DNA of 40,485 nt from a virus (lineage: Duplodnaviria > Caudoviricetes): positions 1 to 40,485 of the IMG/VR virus record IMGVR_UViG_3300046779_001371. One strand, written 5' to 3'. The translations under genes and the position numbers were made by a program. Position 1 is the first letter of the stretch; each line of letters begins with the position of its first letter. Shown here piece after piece: positions 7,549 through 16,749 of the stretch. The notes beneath the pieces are model-generated. The model ran no database searches. It was not told where the DNA came from and saw only the letters and a list, made by a program, of their open reading frames with translations.

Positions 7549-7927
7549 AGAAGAGTGGCTTCGTCACGCTAGGTTTGAACTAGAACTAGTTCACGAAGTC
7601 CCTGAATACGTTGAGTTTTATTTGAAGATTGTAGAAGCCTTCTGGGACTTTCAGCACGATGAGCGAACTCTATTTGCTACCCCAGAAACTATTGAAAAGC
7701 TTTTGCGTCACAAGAACCTTAGTGGGTTGACTTCAAACCCGAGTGAGTGGCGACAAGTAGGTGAAGGCATCTGGCAAAATAAACGACACCCTTTGTCATA
7801 CTCGGTTGATGGTGGTAAGTCGATTGTTACATTCCCACCACTAGACAGCAATATGAATTCATCATTGATTCATAATGGGCTTCCATCACATGTCAATGAG
7901 AAGATTGACGAACTAAAAGACCTATAG
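7535..7927 (+). CDS. Conserved phage hypothetical protein (paralogue of 607..951)
   Basis: HARFELELV...LLRHKNLSGLTSNPSEW...IWQNKR...SVDGGKS; start at ATG 7535. Confidence 0.7.
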   Translation: MELTKEEWLRHARFELELVHEVPEYVEFYLKIVEAFWDFQHDERTLFATPETIEKLLRHKNLSGLTSNPSEWRQVGEGIWQNKRHPLSYSVDGGKSIVTFPPLDSNMNSSLIHNGLPSHVNEKIDELKDL

Positions 7928-8179
7928 AGTCGGAGACCTAGTAATCTTTGGTTGCGGGTAGTTAGTAGCGTCATCATCTAGCAACTGTTGGTAGATAGCA
8001 CCCGGAATGTTGTCACCTTTGCGCTCATGCGCTTTGAGGTGGTCAATCATTTCTTGGGTGCTTTCTGCTCTAAAGAATGCTTCAAGCATGTCCCCGAAGG
8101 AACAGAGCGAGCACTGGACTGGACCAGACTCGGTGCGGAAGACGTAAACGTCGTACTCTGGAATGCGTGCATAAATCAT
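7922..8179 (-). CDS. Small putative zinc-binding protein
   Basis: CSLC...HLKAH (C2H2-like); TATACT -10 six nt before ATG. Confidence 0.65.
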   Translation of the reverse strand: MIYARIPEYDVYVFRTESGPVQCSLCSFGDMLEAFFRAESTQEMIDHLKAHERKGDNIPGAIYQQLLDDDATNYPQPKITRSPTL

Positions 8180-8240
8180 GAGTTGAGTATAGAACTATTG
8201 TCTGACAAATGCTAGTGTTGGACTAACGAAAGGACGTATT

Positions 8241-8555
8241 ATGGCAATGTTGATGAAGTTTGAGATCCGTGACCCTGAGTGGGCTCAGGCTCTCCAATTT
8301 GGTCTTGAGGAATACATGGGCAATCTCTACAACTCTCTAGAGGCTGATTCAGACTCTGAAGAGGCTGACCCAGATACAGAAAGCGGTATTCCATTCTGTG
8401 GATGCAACGTCTGTGAAGGACGAGAGATTCTCTCTTTTATTGCCCCTCGTGTAATCAAGGGCTATCTAGATAAGAAGATTGGGTACGTTGAGGTAGACGA
8501 GGCTGACCACAAGGGAAAGATTATTGAAGTTCCCTTGAACATGAAGCACGACTAG
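8241..8555 (+). CDS. Hypothetical protein with CGCxxC motif
   Basis: GAAAGGA RBS; PFCGCNVCEGRE. Confidence 0.7.
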   Translation: MAMLMKFEIRDPEWAQALQFGLEEYMGNLYNSLEADSDSEEADPDTESGIPFCGCNVCEGREILSFIAPRVIKGYLDKKIGYVEVDEADHKGKIIEVPLNMKHD

Positions 8556-8794
8556 TCGTCAAAATCCTCATCTGATTCATCAAAATCATCATCGGAAGAT
8601 GATGTGAAGATGATTGCGTCTTCATTAGCTTCGCTAACAATCATGGCTACAAGGGTGAGTGCTTGGCGCTCGCGGAAACCTGCACGCTGGAGTGACAGAA
8701 ACATTTCATGCATCTGCATAGAATCTTGGTCCAGCGGACTTAGATTCAGCTCTTGCTCAAACTTGTCAAAGTTTGGCTCTTCGTTTTCTGCCAT
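8552..8794 (-). CDS. Acidic hypothetical protein
   Basis: MHEMFLSLQRAGF..RQALTLVA plus Asp-rich tail; leaderless promoter. Confidence 0.7.
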   Translation of the reverse strand: MAENEEPNFDKFEQELNLSPLDQDSMQMHEMFLSLQRAGFRERQALTLVAMIVSEANEDAIIFTSSSDDDFDESDEDFDD

Positions 8795-8803
8795 AACTAG
8801 AGT

Positions 8804-9886
8804 TTAGACCTCTTTCTCAGAGCCAATGTATTCGTGGCTAAATGACCATCTATCTGGGTTCAACTGCCAGCGTGTATTTTCACGCTGAACTAAACCATCT
8901 TTTCTCTTCATGTGATTTTTTGACGTGGCTTTCCACTTCGTAGAACTGTCTCGATAACCTCCCAAACGAGGATGAGAAGTTTTACTGAAGTAACGCTTGC
9001 CGTTATCAAGATAATGCTGAGCAACAGCCTCAGAGATGCGAGGACCGAAACCAAAGCCTTGGTAATCAGGATGCACCACCAGTCTGTGTTCACGCCATGC
9101 GTTCTGAACGGTACCAGAGGGGTAAGTCATCGAGGCTACAAAACCTACTAGCTGTCCTTCCCAGATTGCCACATAGCTGTGTGATGCCTTGTTGAGCTTT
9201 TCCGAGAGATAATGGTGCGCAGAGAAGTGGCTCCAAATGCTGTTGTGGGCAGGATAGATGTCGAGTACCAATTCAGGTCGTTGAAGATACCTTCCTGAGG
9301 TCCACTCGCCACGATCAGTATCAATTACCCAATCAGGTTCGAGGAACTCAAGGATGTCGCGGTGGACTGTAGCCAGTACGACTCCTTTGATGTTGTTGGC
9401 ACGGATGTACTTAGACATTGAAGTTGAAGCAGCCTTGGCGACATTGCGGTCGATGACAGATGTGTACTCGTCAATGACAGAGTTGTTGTGAAGTGAGCGA
9501 GCTAGGTCAGCTCTGAACTTTTGACCGTTAGAAAGAACTTCGTAAGGCTTTACCCATTCAGGTACTGACATCAAACCTGCTGCAGAAAAACGCTCATTGG
9601 CAACAACTGCGTTTTCAAAGTGCGATGCAATTGAGCCAGAAGTCCATGTTGGTTTGAAAGGTTCACCGAAAGACTTCAGAAGTGTCGACTTACCTGTCCC
9701 AGAGGCACCGACGATAACGCCGATGCTGAAGTCCTTCGGCAACCCGCGAGGCATTATGAAGGGATAGAAGTGTTCCACACCTTCAGAGTTGTAGTCAAAT
9801 GGGCGAATGAGATCTTCAGTGACCTCATCCATTTCAACATGCGAGGTGAGGGGCTCGGTGGAGCGTTCTAGTTTCTGCCATAACAT
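8804..9886 (-). CDS. ABC-type ATPase fused to C-terminal GNAT acetyltransferase
   Basis: Walker A GASGTGKST, signature LSNGQ, Walker B VIDEY, H-loop ATVH; GNAT motif A RLVVHPDYQGFGFG. Confidence 0.88.
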   Translation of the reverse strand: MLWQKLERSTEPLTSHVEMDEVTEDLIRPFDYNSEGVEHFYPFIMPRGLPKDFSIGVIVGASGTGKSTLLKSFGEPFKPTWTSGSIASHFENAVVANERFSAAGLMSVPEWVKPYEVLSNGQKFRADLARSLHNNSVIDEYTSVIDRNVAKAASTSMSKYIRANNIKGVVLATVHRDILEFLEPDWVIDTDRGEWTSGRYLQRPELVLDIYPAHNSIWSHFSAHHYLSEKLNKASHSYVAIWEGQLVGFVASMTYPSGTVQNAWREHRLVVHPDYQGFGFGPRISEAVAQHYLDNGKRYFSKTSHPRLGGYRDSSTKWKATSKNHMKRKDGLVQRENTRWQLNPDRWSFSHEYIGSEKEV

Positions 9887-9923
9887 ACGACCAGGTTAGC
9901 AGAGATTCTGGAAAAAGTCCAGG

Positions 9924-11159
9924 TTAGAGTAAGTCGTGCCATCCGAGAAGGGCTCGAACATTCATTGTTCCAGTCATTGTTCTAAACGAGAGAACGTAAA
10001 CGTCAGAGACAGGAGTTGCAGAGTTTGTGCGACCAAGCTGCAAGTCCCAGCTACCAAGGTCCGCAGTTCCCTGCTCTGCCGATGATTGGTTAGTTGCAGA
10101 GAAAAACTGTCGACGCATTGGGATACCATCTTGGCTCATTGATGTTGCTGTCACGTTATACTCGACATTGCCGTTGTAAGGGTCAGTCACCCAAGTTCCG
10201 TTGTTTACTGCTGTCGGATTCTTTACTAGAGCCCAGCCACCTTCACCAGCGTTGGATGCGCTGATGTCAACATAGGTAGGAAGAATGACGGAATCGGTAC
10301 GTCCATCTTTCATTCGCATTGCTACAAGAGGATATCGGTCAGTGCCAACAGTCGCGGAAACATCACGCCAAGCTGTGAAGATGGTTGACTCATCGTGAGC
10401 ATAACCACCGTTAGAGATAACAGAGTTACAAATCTGGTGCATTGTTGATGCACTTGAAGTCGTACCAGTGTTTGTAATCTCAAAGCGCAATGGTAGTGAG
10501 GCAGTTGTTATGTAGGTATTAGCAATACGGTTTGCGTGGTTGAACTGATGCGCAACAATGAAGTATCCATCAATAGCAAAGCCCATGCGTACTGAGCCAA
10601 CACCAAGCCACTCGTACTCGAAGAAAAGAATCTGAGCCTTGCTTAGGTCAAGCACAACGTCGGATGGTCCAGAACCATCAAGCTTGTCCATGTTCCACTG
10701 CGACTGAGGGACACGAGTTTCAACCAATTGACCAGTTGAATAGGAACGCTCTACAAAATAGATGTTGGTCCCGTCTTGCTCAAGGTAATGACCATTGGTG
10801 CGAGAGAAGTACCCTGCACGCTGGCGAAGATTAGTCTTTGCTGGAGCAAAAACAAAAGTCTGCATAACCTGCAAAGACTTGCCAGGTTGGTATGGAAAAA
10901 CCTTGAATGATTCACGGGTTACTTCAGAACCAGAAGTTGTTGATACGTTTAGTAAAGCGCAGCTTTGGTTAGCATCAAAAGTTACAGTTGCTCCGTTTGA
11001 AGTAGTATCACTGTAGTCACCGTTATCTTTGTAGCGGTGAGCTGAGTCAAAAATTGTTTCCCCATGAGAAGTCTTGGTACGCCCGAACATATCGGTGCGG
11101 AACGCGTTGATTTGATCGCGGGACGGCTTAGATACGTTGTTGAGCGGAGAGGAAGACAT
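9924..11159 (-). CDS. Beta-rich conserved phage protein, possibly virion-associated
   Basis: DMFGR...TIFDS, YQPGKSL, EWLGVGSVRMGF; Ser/Thr-rich. Confidence 0.55.
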   Translation of the reverse strand: MSSSPLNNVSKPSRDQINAFRTDMFGRTKTSHGETIFDSAHRYKDNGDYSDTTSNGATVTFDANQSCALLNVSTTSGSEVTRESFKVFPYQPGKSLQVMQTFVFAPAKTNLRQRAGYFSRTNGHYLEQDGTNIYFVERSYSTGQLVETRVPQSQWNMDKLDGSGPSDVVLDLSKAQILFFEYEWLGVGSVRMGFAIDGYFIVAHQFNHANRIANTYITTASLPLRFEITNTGTTSSASTMHQICNSVISNGGYAHDESTIFTAWRDVSATVGTDRYPLVAMRMKDGRTDSVILPTYVDISASNAGEGGWALVKNPTAVNNGTWVTDPYNGNVEYNVTATSMSQDGIPMRRQFFSATNQSSAEQGTADLGSWDLQLGRTNSATPVSDVYVLSFRTMTGTMNVRALLGWHDLL

Positions 11160-11186
11160 TACTCTATTGTAAATGAAAACAATTCA

Positions 11187-11214
11187 TTGACTTTGTAGAA
11201 CCCCTAGATATGAT
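11187..11214 (+). promoter_or_regulatory. SigmaA-like promoter for a leaderless mRNA
   Basis: TTGACT-N16-TATGAT-N6-ATG(11221). Confidence 0.6.
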
Positions 11215-11220
11215 GGAAAT

Positions 11221-11532
11221 ATGGCGAAGAAAAAGAAAACCCCAGCAGCTATGTGGCTTGAAAGTCCTAGCGCCCATTGGGTTATAGAGACTGAGATACA
11301 AATCCACGGTCGCCATGTAGTCAAGGACACCGAGCTATCCATCATCGGAGAGCGGGGAAGATTCCGCTTTTTGAAGCAAATAACCAATGGGGACAAGACT
11401 TGGATCGATGTGGTTGGAGGACCTAAAGGGGCTAAGCAGATGAGGTCTTTCCACCTAGACAAGGTTCGTCGAGTACACTACAAAAACAAGACCCGAGAGG
11501 GTCGTAAGGCTCAAGGATTGGATGTAGAATAA
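11221..11532 (+). CDS. Basic hypothetical protein (SH3-like actinophage family)
   Basis: GERGRFRF...WIDVVGG...MRSF. Confidence 0.7.
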   Translation: MAKKKKTPAAMWLESPSAHWVIETEIQIHGRHVVKDTELSIIGERGRFRFLKQITNGDKTWIDVVGGPKGAKQMRSFHLDKVRRVHYKNKTREGRKAQGLDVE

Positions 11533-11537
11533 AACCT

Positions 11538-11819
11538 ATGAAATGTCTATGCGGATTCCAGCACTTACCTAACAGTGCCCCTCTTTTGGCTAGCCACCTC
11601 AATGAATGCATGATTGATGGTGTCTTTACTGACCCATCTAAGTTGCCTGTCGTTGTGTGGCGTGATGGCGGTTTCTCTGTGGTCCGTGAGGCTGAAGAAG
11701 GCGAACAGACCTACGACATTGGTATTACTCGTCATCCTCTTTATGTCGAGGAGACTGTGAGCGTAGTAGTAGATACAGTTGAACCTGTAGTCGAAGAAGA
11801 AACCAACGCATCAGAGTAG
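11538..11819 (+). CDS. Hypothetical protein
   Basis: MKCLCG...HLNEC; TAGAAT -10 seven nt upstream. Confidence 0.6.
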   Translation: MKCLCGFQHLPNSAPLLASHLNECMIDGVFTDPSKLPVVVWRDGGFSVVREAEEGEQTYDIGITRHPLYVEETVSVVVDTVEPVVEEETNASE

Positions 11820-12044
11820 TTCTGATTCGTCCACAATATCTAGAGCTTTCTCGAAGAAATCGTTCTCTCGCTCCATGTAGTGATGACGGCAGAAGAATAA
11901 AAACCCTGCTGCAAAACTGATTCGATAATATGCCTGAAACCCACAAAGGTCGCAACGTTCGCGCTTTGTAAAATACTCTAGCTCTGGCTCTTCAAGTTTT
12001 ACAGTCGTCTCTACAGTCTCTTCAGCTGGAGAGATTTCATTCAT
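11811..12044 (-). CDS. Small zinc-finger protein (actinobacterial type)
   Basis: ERCDLCGFQAY...FFCRHH; start MNEISP overlapping upstream stop. Confidence 0.7.
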   Translation of the reverse strand: MNEISPAEETVETTVKLEEPELEYFTKRERCDLCGFQAYYRISFAAGFLFFCRHHYMERENDFFEKALDIVDESELL

Positions 12045-12276
12045 TCTGAAGACCCTCATAAATCTCTGTACAGGTCTTACATACAGGATAGTTGTCAGGG
12101 TTACGGAATGGCACCCACTTCTTACCACATAGGGCGGTGACGGGGGTACCGTTCACCAAGGCTTCCATTACCTCTTCTTTTGGGGCATAGTGGGCTTCAC
12201 GTTCGTGATCGCCATCATTAGTCCAAAGACGGGTGTCCTCTTGTGTAGAGGTTCCTGAGCCTAGTAGTGCTGTCAT
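12037..12276 (-). CDS. DUF3039 domain protein
   Basis: AHYAPK...VNGTPVTALCGKKWVP.RNP..YPVCKTCTEIY, typical of actinobacterial DUF3039. Confidence 0.85.
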   Translation of the reverse strand: MTALLGSGTSTQEDTRLWTNDGDHEREAHYAPKEEVMEALVNGTPVTALCGKKWVPFRNPDNYPVCKTCTEIYEGLQNE

Positions 12277-12285
12277 TCCTACAGT

Positions 12286-13227
12286 CTAGTACTCCACAGG
12301 AATGAGTGATTTGAGAACCACGTCCTTTGGTAGACGAGCAATGTGGCTAGATATGTCTTCACGTCCAAAAGATATTAGGAAGTTATCCTTGTGAGCTACC
12401 AGCCCAGCTGCAAACTCAACTCCAGACCTATAAAACTGGAAGCCTTTAGAGACTGCCAAAATATTGCCTTGATAGTCGTATTGAGTGAAGTAGTGGACGT
12501 AGTTTCGAAGAGCAGCGTTGTGAGTGCTAAATCTCTCTGGTGCCCACTGAGCCTCGTTCTTGACAAAGGTTCTGTGGCAGACGCCGAGATAGGTGCCATC
12601 CTCTAGTTGGAGAAGGTTAGTGTTTCCTCTAAGCTGGGATAGACGTGGGATATCCGTAAAAAGCATTGTCATCATGTTGCTTTGAACGATGGCGTTTGGT
12701 CCATAGATAAAGTCAAAGTGAGGGTTTTTCTCATAGGTAGTCATCCAGTTCTTTTCTGGACGTTGAGTATCCATACCAGTAATAATTTCAAAACTAACAA
12801 ACTTTGTGCATTTTGAATCTAGCCTTGCAACTGCCATGCGAGCATAAGGAGCACGCTCTTTATCCATGATGACACAAGTCATGTGCCAAGCATTGTCACG
12901 ATAGAAAACCTTTGGGTCTTCTAAACCACGACGGAGAGGACCAGCGATTGAAGTATCAATTTGTCGTAGGTTTTCAATCTTGAACTCTTTGTTGAGTTCT
13001 CCCCAGTAAATCTTGGAGGTAATAATGTCGCCCTCTGTAACATGGTAAGCACCATTCGGGAGGATGACATAGTTAGATGACCGCAGGGCAACCACATACT
13101 TGTTCTTATGATTGCCTATAGATGGGTTAGTTGCTCCCCACTTCTTATTGTTTGGATCAATAAGACGTCTGAGGTCTAAAACATCTCCACCTAAATCCCG
13201 AACATACGGGAACTGCGAGAAATCCAT
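12286..13227 (-). CDS. Five-bladed beta-propeller glycoside hydrolase/phosphorylase-like protein (GH130/GH43 clan-like)
   Basis: NPSI, GLEDPKVF, EKNW, LRGNT, VEFAAGL, LISFG motifs. Confidence 0.7.
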   Translation of the reverse strand: MDFSQFPYVRDLGGDVLDLRRLIDPNNKKWGATNPSIGNHKNKYVVALRSSNYVILPNGAYHVTEGDIITSKIYWGELNKEFKIENLRQIDTSIAGPLRRGLEDPKVFYRDNAWHMTCVIMDKERAPYARMAVARLDSKCTKFVSFEIITGMDTQRPEKNWMTTYEKNPHFDFIYGPNAIVQSNMMTMLFTDIPRLSQLRGNTNLLQLEDGTYLGVCHRTFVKNEAQWAPERFSTHNAALRNYVHYFTQYDYQGNILAVSKGFQFYRSGVEFAAGLVAHKDNFLISFGREDISSHIARLPKDVVLKSLIPVEY

Positions 13228-13599
13228 TTATGCTCCGATGAAATGCTTTACTAAGAAAGTGGTTGCAAGAGCGGCCCACAAGATGTTGAACCAAATGATG
13301 GTTGGCATTGTTTTGATGGTTGCAGACCACACCAAAAGAACACTAGTAATAAGTGCAATGATGTAGAGCCACCAAATAGAGATACCGAAGAGCAAACCAG
13401 GAATGATAATGAGTGCCTTGGTTGTAAATGCTAGGAACTCGACGGTGTTAGGGACATTCCAATACTGCTTGGTTCCCATCTTTTTGAGGGCTGGAAGCCA
13501 TTGGAAGTGCTTACGCCAACCTCCACTAAATACTTCCTCATTGCTGAGGTAGTTAGGGTCTTTGATTGTTGGGGTCTTTGTTGGGTTACTTTTCTTCAC
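13228..13599 (-). CDS. Membrane protein (3 TM)
   Basis: Hydrophobic C-terminal two-thirds; overlaps halogenase stop. Confidence 0.7.
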   Translation of the reverse strand: MKKSNPTKTPTIKDPNYLSNEEVFSGGWRKHFQWLPALKKMGTKQYWNVPNTVEFLAFTTKALIIIPGLLFGISIWWLYIIALITSVLLVWSATIKTMPTIIWFNILWAALATTFLVKHFIGA

Positions 13600-15151
13600 T
13601 TAGCTTCTCCAAAAACTCGTCGTGGGTTACGGATTCGAACTCTGTCACTTGCTCGATGGTCTTCTTGAAGAAGTGATAGCTGTTCTTCAAGTAAGACCTA
13701 GAGAAGTTGTAGAACTCAAATTCTTTTAGGTTCTCCAATACCTGAGGGTGTTGGATGCCAACTAGGATGTTGTGCCATGAGTCTAACGGGAACTGGTCTT
13801 CTGGAGCAACGTCTTCGAAGATAAAGTTTCGTGTCTCGGCAATCTCTAGCATTGACTGTAGATACTCTGGGGCATTCTCTTTTGTGTAGTGCTTCCAGAA
13901 GTCTGTATCAGTACGACCAGTCATGTAGTGCAGATATACAAACCCAGCAATCCGCTCATTGATTGTGGCTACATATTTGTTGTAGTCCTGTCGAACTCTA
14001 TCGTCACGCTTGTATAGAGTTTCTGTGTTTCCAAGAACTCTAGCAATGCTGATGATTGATGACCAGATAGATGTGGCTTCTAGAGGCTCGATGAATCCAG
14101 CAGATAGTCCTGTAGAGATAACATTTTTTCTCCAAGTCTCCGCGTAGCATCCTGCCTCGAACTTGAATGATTCTTTTCTAGGCCACTCTGGTTCATAACC
14201 AAGCCATTCAATAATTTCTGCTTTAGCCTCTTCATCTGAGATGTAGTTAGAGTCGAAGACATAGCCACAGCCATAGCGATCTTGTAGAGGAATCTTCCAA
14301 GTCCATCCGTACTTCATAGCAGTTGACTCTGTGTATGGAGGGATTGGTCGTTCCATCTCAAGGAAGAACGGCATTGCTGAATTTACTGTCAAGTGGTCTT
14401 TATAGCTAACCCACTCGGTTTCAAACTTTTTATTGAAGAAGCTTCTAAATCCACTGCAGTCAAAGATAAAATCAGTTTGGATTTCAGCACCATGAGCAAG
14501 CTTGAGAAGGTTTACATCTCCATGATCGTCTTCAGTGAAGTCAACAACTTCACCTTCAATGTGAATGATTCCTCGCTCTAGAGCAATCTCCTTGAGAGTC
14601 TCTGCTAACTTCTTTGCATCAAAGTGAATAGAGAAAGCTGCCATCTGTTCAAACTGAAAAATAGGATTGTCAGGGGAGTATGCTTCATTCTGCTTTACAC
14701 GGAAAGGAACCTTATTGAGTTCTGAGATTGCAGACATGTAGTCATACTCGACTTGCTTATCTCCTGCTGCTACAGCCATACCCCACACTGGAGGATTACC
14801 AGCAGCAAATCTTTCAATGGATAGGGCGTATGGAGATAGGTTTCCATAAGGAGTAAAGGTGTTGTAGTAGAAGTCCTCTTCTCCACCATTGTGCCAGTTT
14901 GTAAACTTGATGGAGTTTTTTAGAGTTGACCCTGTTTCCTTTACCAACTTCGAGACTGGAATCTCTAGAACATCAAGCAAAGAGATAAGAGGAGGAGTGC
15001 TTCCTTCTCCTGCTCCCAAGATGCCAATGGACTCTGACTCAATGAGAGTGATTGTCTTAGTAGGCAATACTGTCTTTACATAAAGTGCAGTAAGCCAACC
15101 TGCTGTTCCGCCACCAATAATCGTGACGTTTCTAATTACTCTCTTATCCAT
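13586..15151 (-). CDS. Tryptophan-halogenase family flavin-dependent halogenase
   Basis: IGGGTAGW, GAGEGS, TLKNSIKF (catalytic Lys), HFDA, DCSGF, GWTWKIPL, FIEPLEATS. Confidence 0.93.
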   Translation of the reverse strand: MDKRVIRNVTIIGGGTAGWLTALYVKTVLPTKTITLIESESIGILGAGEGSTPPLISLLDVLEIPVSKLVKETGSTLKNSIKFTNWHNGGEEDFYYNTFTPYGNLSPYALSIERFAAGNPPVWGMAVAAGDKQVEYDYMSAISELNKVPFRVKQNEAYSPDNPIFQFEQMAAFSIHFDAKKLAETLKEIALERGIIHIEGEVVDFTEDDHGDVNLLKLAHGAEIQTDFIFDCSGFRSFFNKKFETEWVSYKDHLTVNSAMPFFLEMERPIPPYTESTAMKYGWTWKIPLQDRYGCGYVFDSNYISDEEAKAEIIEWLGYEPEWPRKESFKFEAGCYAETWRKNVISTGLSAGFIEPLEATSIWSSIISIARVLGNTETLYKRDDRVRQDYNKYVATINERIAGFVYLHYMTGRTDTDFWKHYTKENAPEYLQSMLEIAETRNFIFEDVAPEDQFPLDSWHNILVGIQHPQVLENLKEFEFYNFSRSYLKNSYHFFKKTIEQVTEFESVTHDEFLEKLSEEK

Positions 15152-16739
15152 TTGTCTCTCCTAGGTCTTCTAGATTTCTTCCTGCAAGATGTTCAAGAAA
15201 CTCCCTATGCCCAGCGAATGTTGGGATTAGTGTTTTTTGAAACTGTTTATAGTGTTCGTAGTTCTGGTTTAGGTAATTGATAGCTGGGTTGTGCTGAGAA
15301 GCTTTTTTCAGATTCGTATGTAGGTCTTTGTTATTATGCCCTAAACCAACCTTATACCAACTATGTAGGGGCCAGATGGACCCAACTACATCGTCTGCAT
15401 GAGGAAGTCGTGTTTCAAATAACTCAAGGAACTTTTTCAAACCTTCAGGAGCATTCTCCTTCGTGAACTTCTTCCAAAACTCTGTATCATCACGATCAGT
15501 AAGAAAGTGGTAGTAGATAAAGTCAACGATTTGGTCATTCATATCACGGAACCACTCGTTGAATTCTGCAGCAATCTTAGGGTTCTTAGAGTGGATAATC
15601 TCTGGACTGCCCAGCACTCTGGCTAATGCAGTAGAAGATACCCACATCGAGGTTGCTTCAAGAGGTTCAACAAAACCTGACGATAGACCTACAGAAATAA
15701 CATTGTTCTTCCATGGCTCTTTGTAGTAGCCAGCTTTGAATTTGAACCCGCCTTTATCTTTTCGTGGGTACTCTGGTTCAAAGCCAATAAACTCTTCAAG
15801 TTCTTTGATTGCATCTTGCTCAGTAATCAAAGATGAGTCATATACATAGCCGCATCCGTAGCGGTGCTGGAGGGGGGTCTTCCATAGCCATCCATACTTC
15901 ATAGCAAAAGCTTGAGTGTATGGAGGAATGTCTTCGTCAATAGGAATGAAGAACGGGACAGCAGCATCAGTTGGTAAGTATTGACTGTGAGACTGCCACT
16001 CTGTTTCGAATTGTTTGTTGAAGAAACTTGCAAAACCAGAACAGTCAAAAACAAAATCAGTCTTTATAACTTTCCCAGATCCGAGGGTGATGCTCTTTAC
16101 ATCCCCACTACCGTCTTGAGAGTATGACTCAACGATTCCTTCAACCCTTTGGATTCCTCTTTCCTTGCCTAACTTCTTTAGGAACTTAGCAAGTAGCGAT
16201 GCATCAAAATGAACTGCAAATGCCGAGACGTTTGTGTACTCATCTATAGGGTCACTAGAACGACGCTCTTTGTTTTGGTCAATGAAGAAAGGAACTTTGT
16301 ATTGTTCTGATGCATTACCAAGAACATCAACTTCTTTGAAGTCTTCGCCCTTTGACTCTGCAGAAACAAAGACAGGTGGTCCCAAGGTGATGAAGGTGTC
16401 TAACTTATATACATCTGGGGATAGATTTCCGTATGTAGAAAAGCAGTGGTAGAAGTGGTCTTTATCTCCAAGACCGTTCCAATTCACAAAACGGATACCG
16501 TTCTTCAATGTGCAGCTGGTCTCTTTGATAAGACGTGAAATAGGAATATCAATAGCATCGAGCAGACGAATTAGATCAGGAGTAGTTCCTTCACCAGCGC
16601 CAAGGATTCCAATTGAATCGGACTCGACTACGGTAATTTTCTTATCTGGCATCACTGCTCTTGCGTATAACGCCGTGAGCCAGCCAGCACTACCTCCACC
16701 AATTACGGTGATATTTTTGATTGTCCTAGTGTCATTCAT
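15144..16739 (-). CDS. Tryptophan-halogenase family flavin-dependent halogenase (second copy)
   Basis: IGGGSAGW, GAGEGT, TLKNGIRF, HFDA, DCSGF, GWLWKTPL, FVEPLEATS. Confidence 0.93.
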   Translation of the reverse strand: MNDTRTIKNITVIGGGSAGWLTALYARAVMPDKKITVVESDSIGILGAGEGTTPDLIRLLDAIDIPISRLIKETSCTLKNGIRFVNWNGLGDKDHFYHCFSTYGNLSPDVYKLDTFITLGPPVFVSAESKGEDFKEVDVLGNASEQYKVPFFIDQNKERRSSDPIDEYTNVSAFAVHFDASLLAKFLKKLGKERGIQRVEGIVESYSQDGSGDVKSITLGSGKVIKTDFVFDCSGFASFFNKQFETEWQSHSQYLPTDAAVPFFIPIDEDIPPYTQAFAMKYGWLWKTPLQHRYGCGYVYDSSLITEQDAIKELEEFIGFEPEYPRKDKGGFKFKAGYYKEPWKNNVISVGLSSGFVEPLEATSMWVSSTALARVLGSPEIIHSKNPKIAAEFNEWFRDMNDQIVDFIYYHFLTDRDDTEFWKKFTKENAPEGLKKFLELFETRLPHADDVVGSIWPLHSWYKVGLGHNNKDLHTNLKKASQHNPAINYLNQNYEHYKQFQKTLIPTFAGHREFLEHLAGRNLEDLGETNG

Positions 16740-16749
16740 AGAAAGTTAC

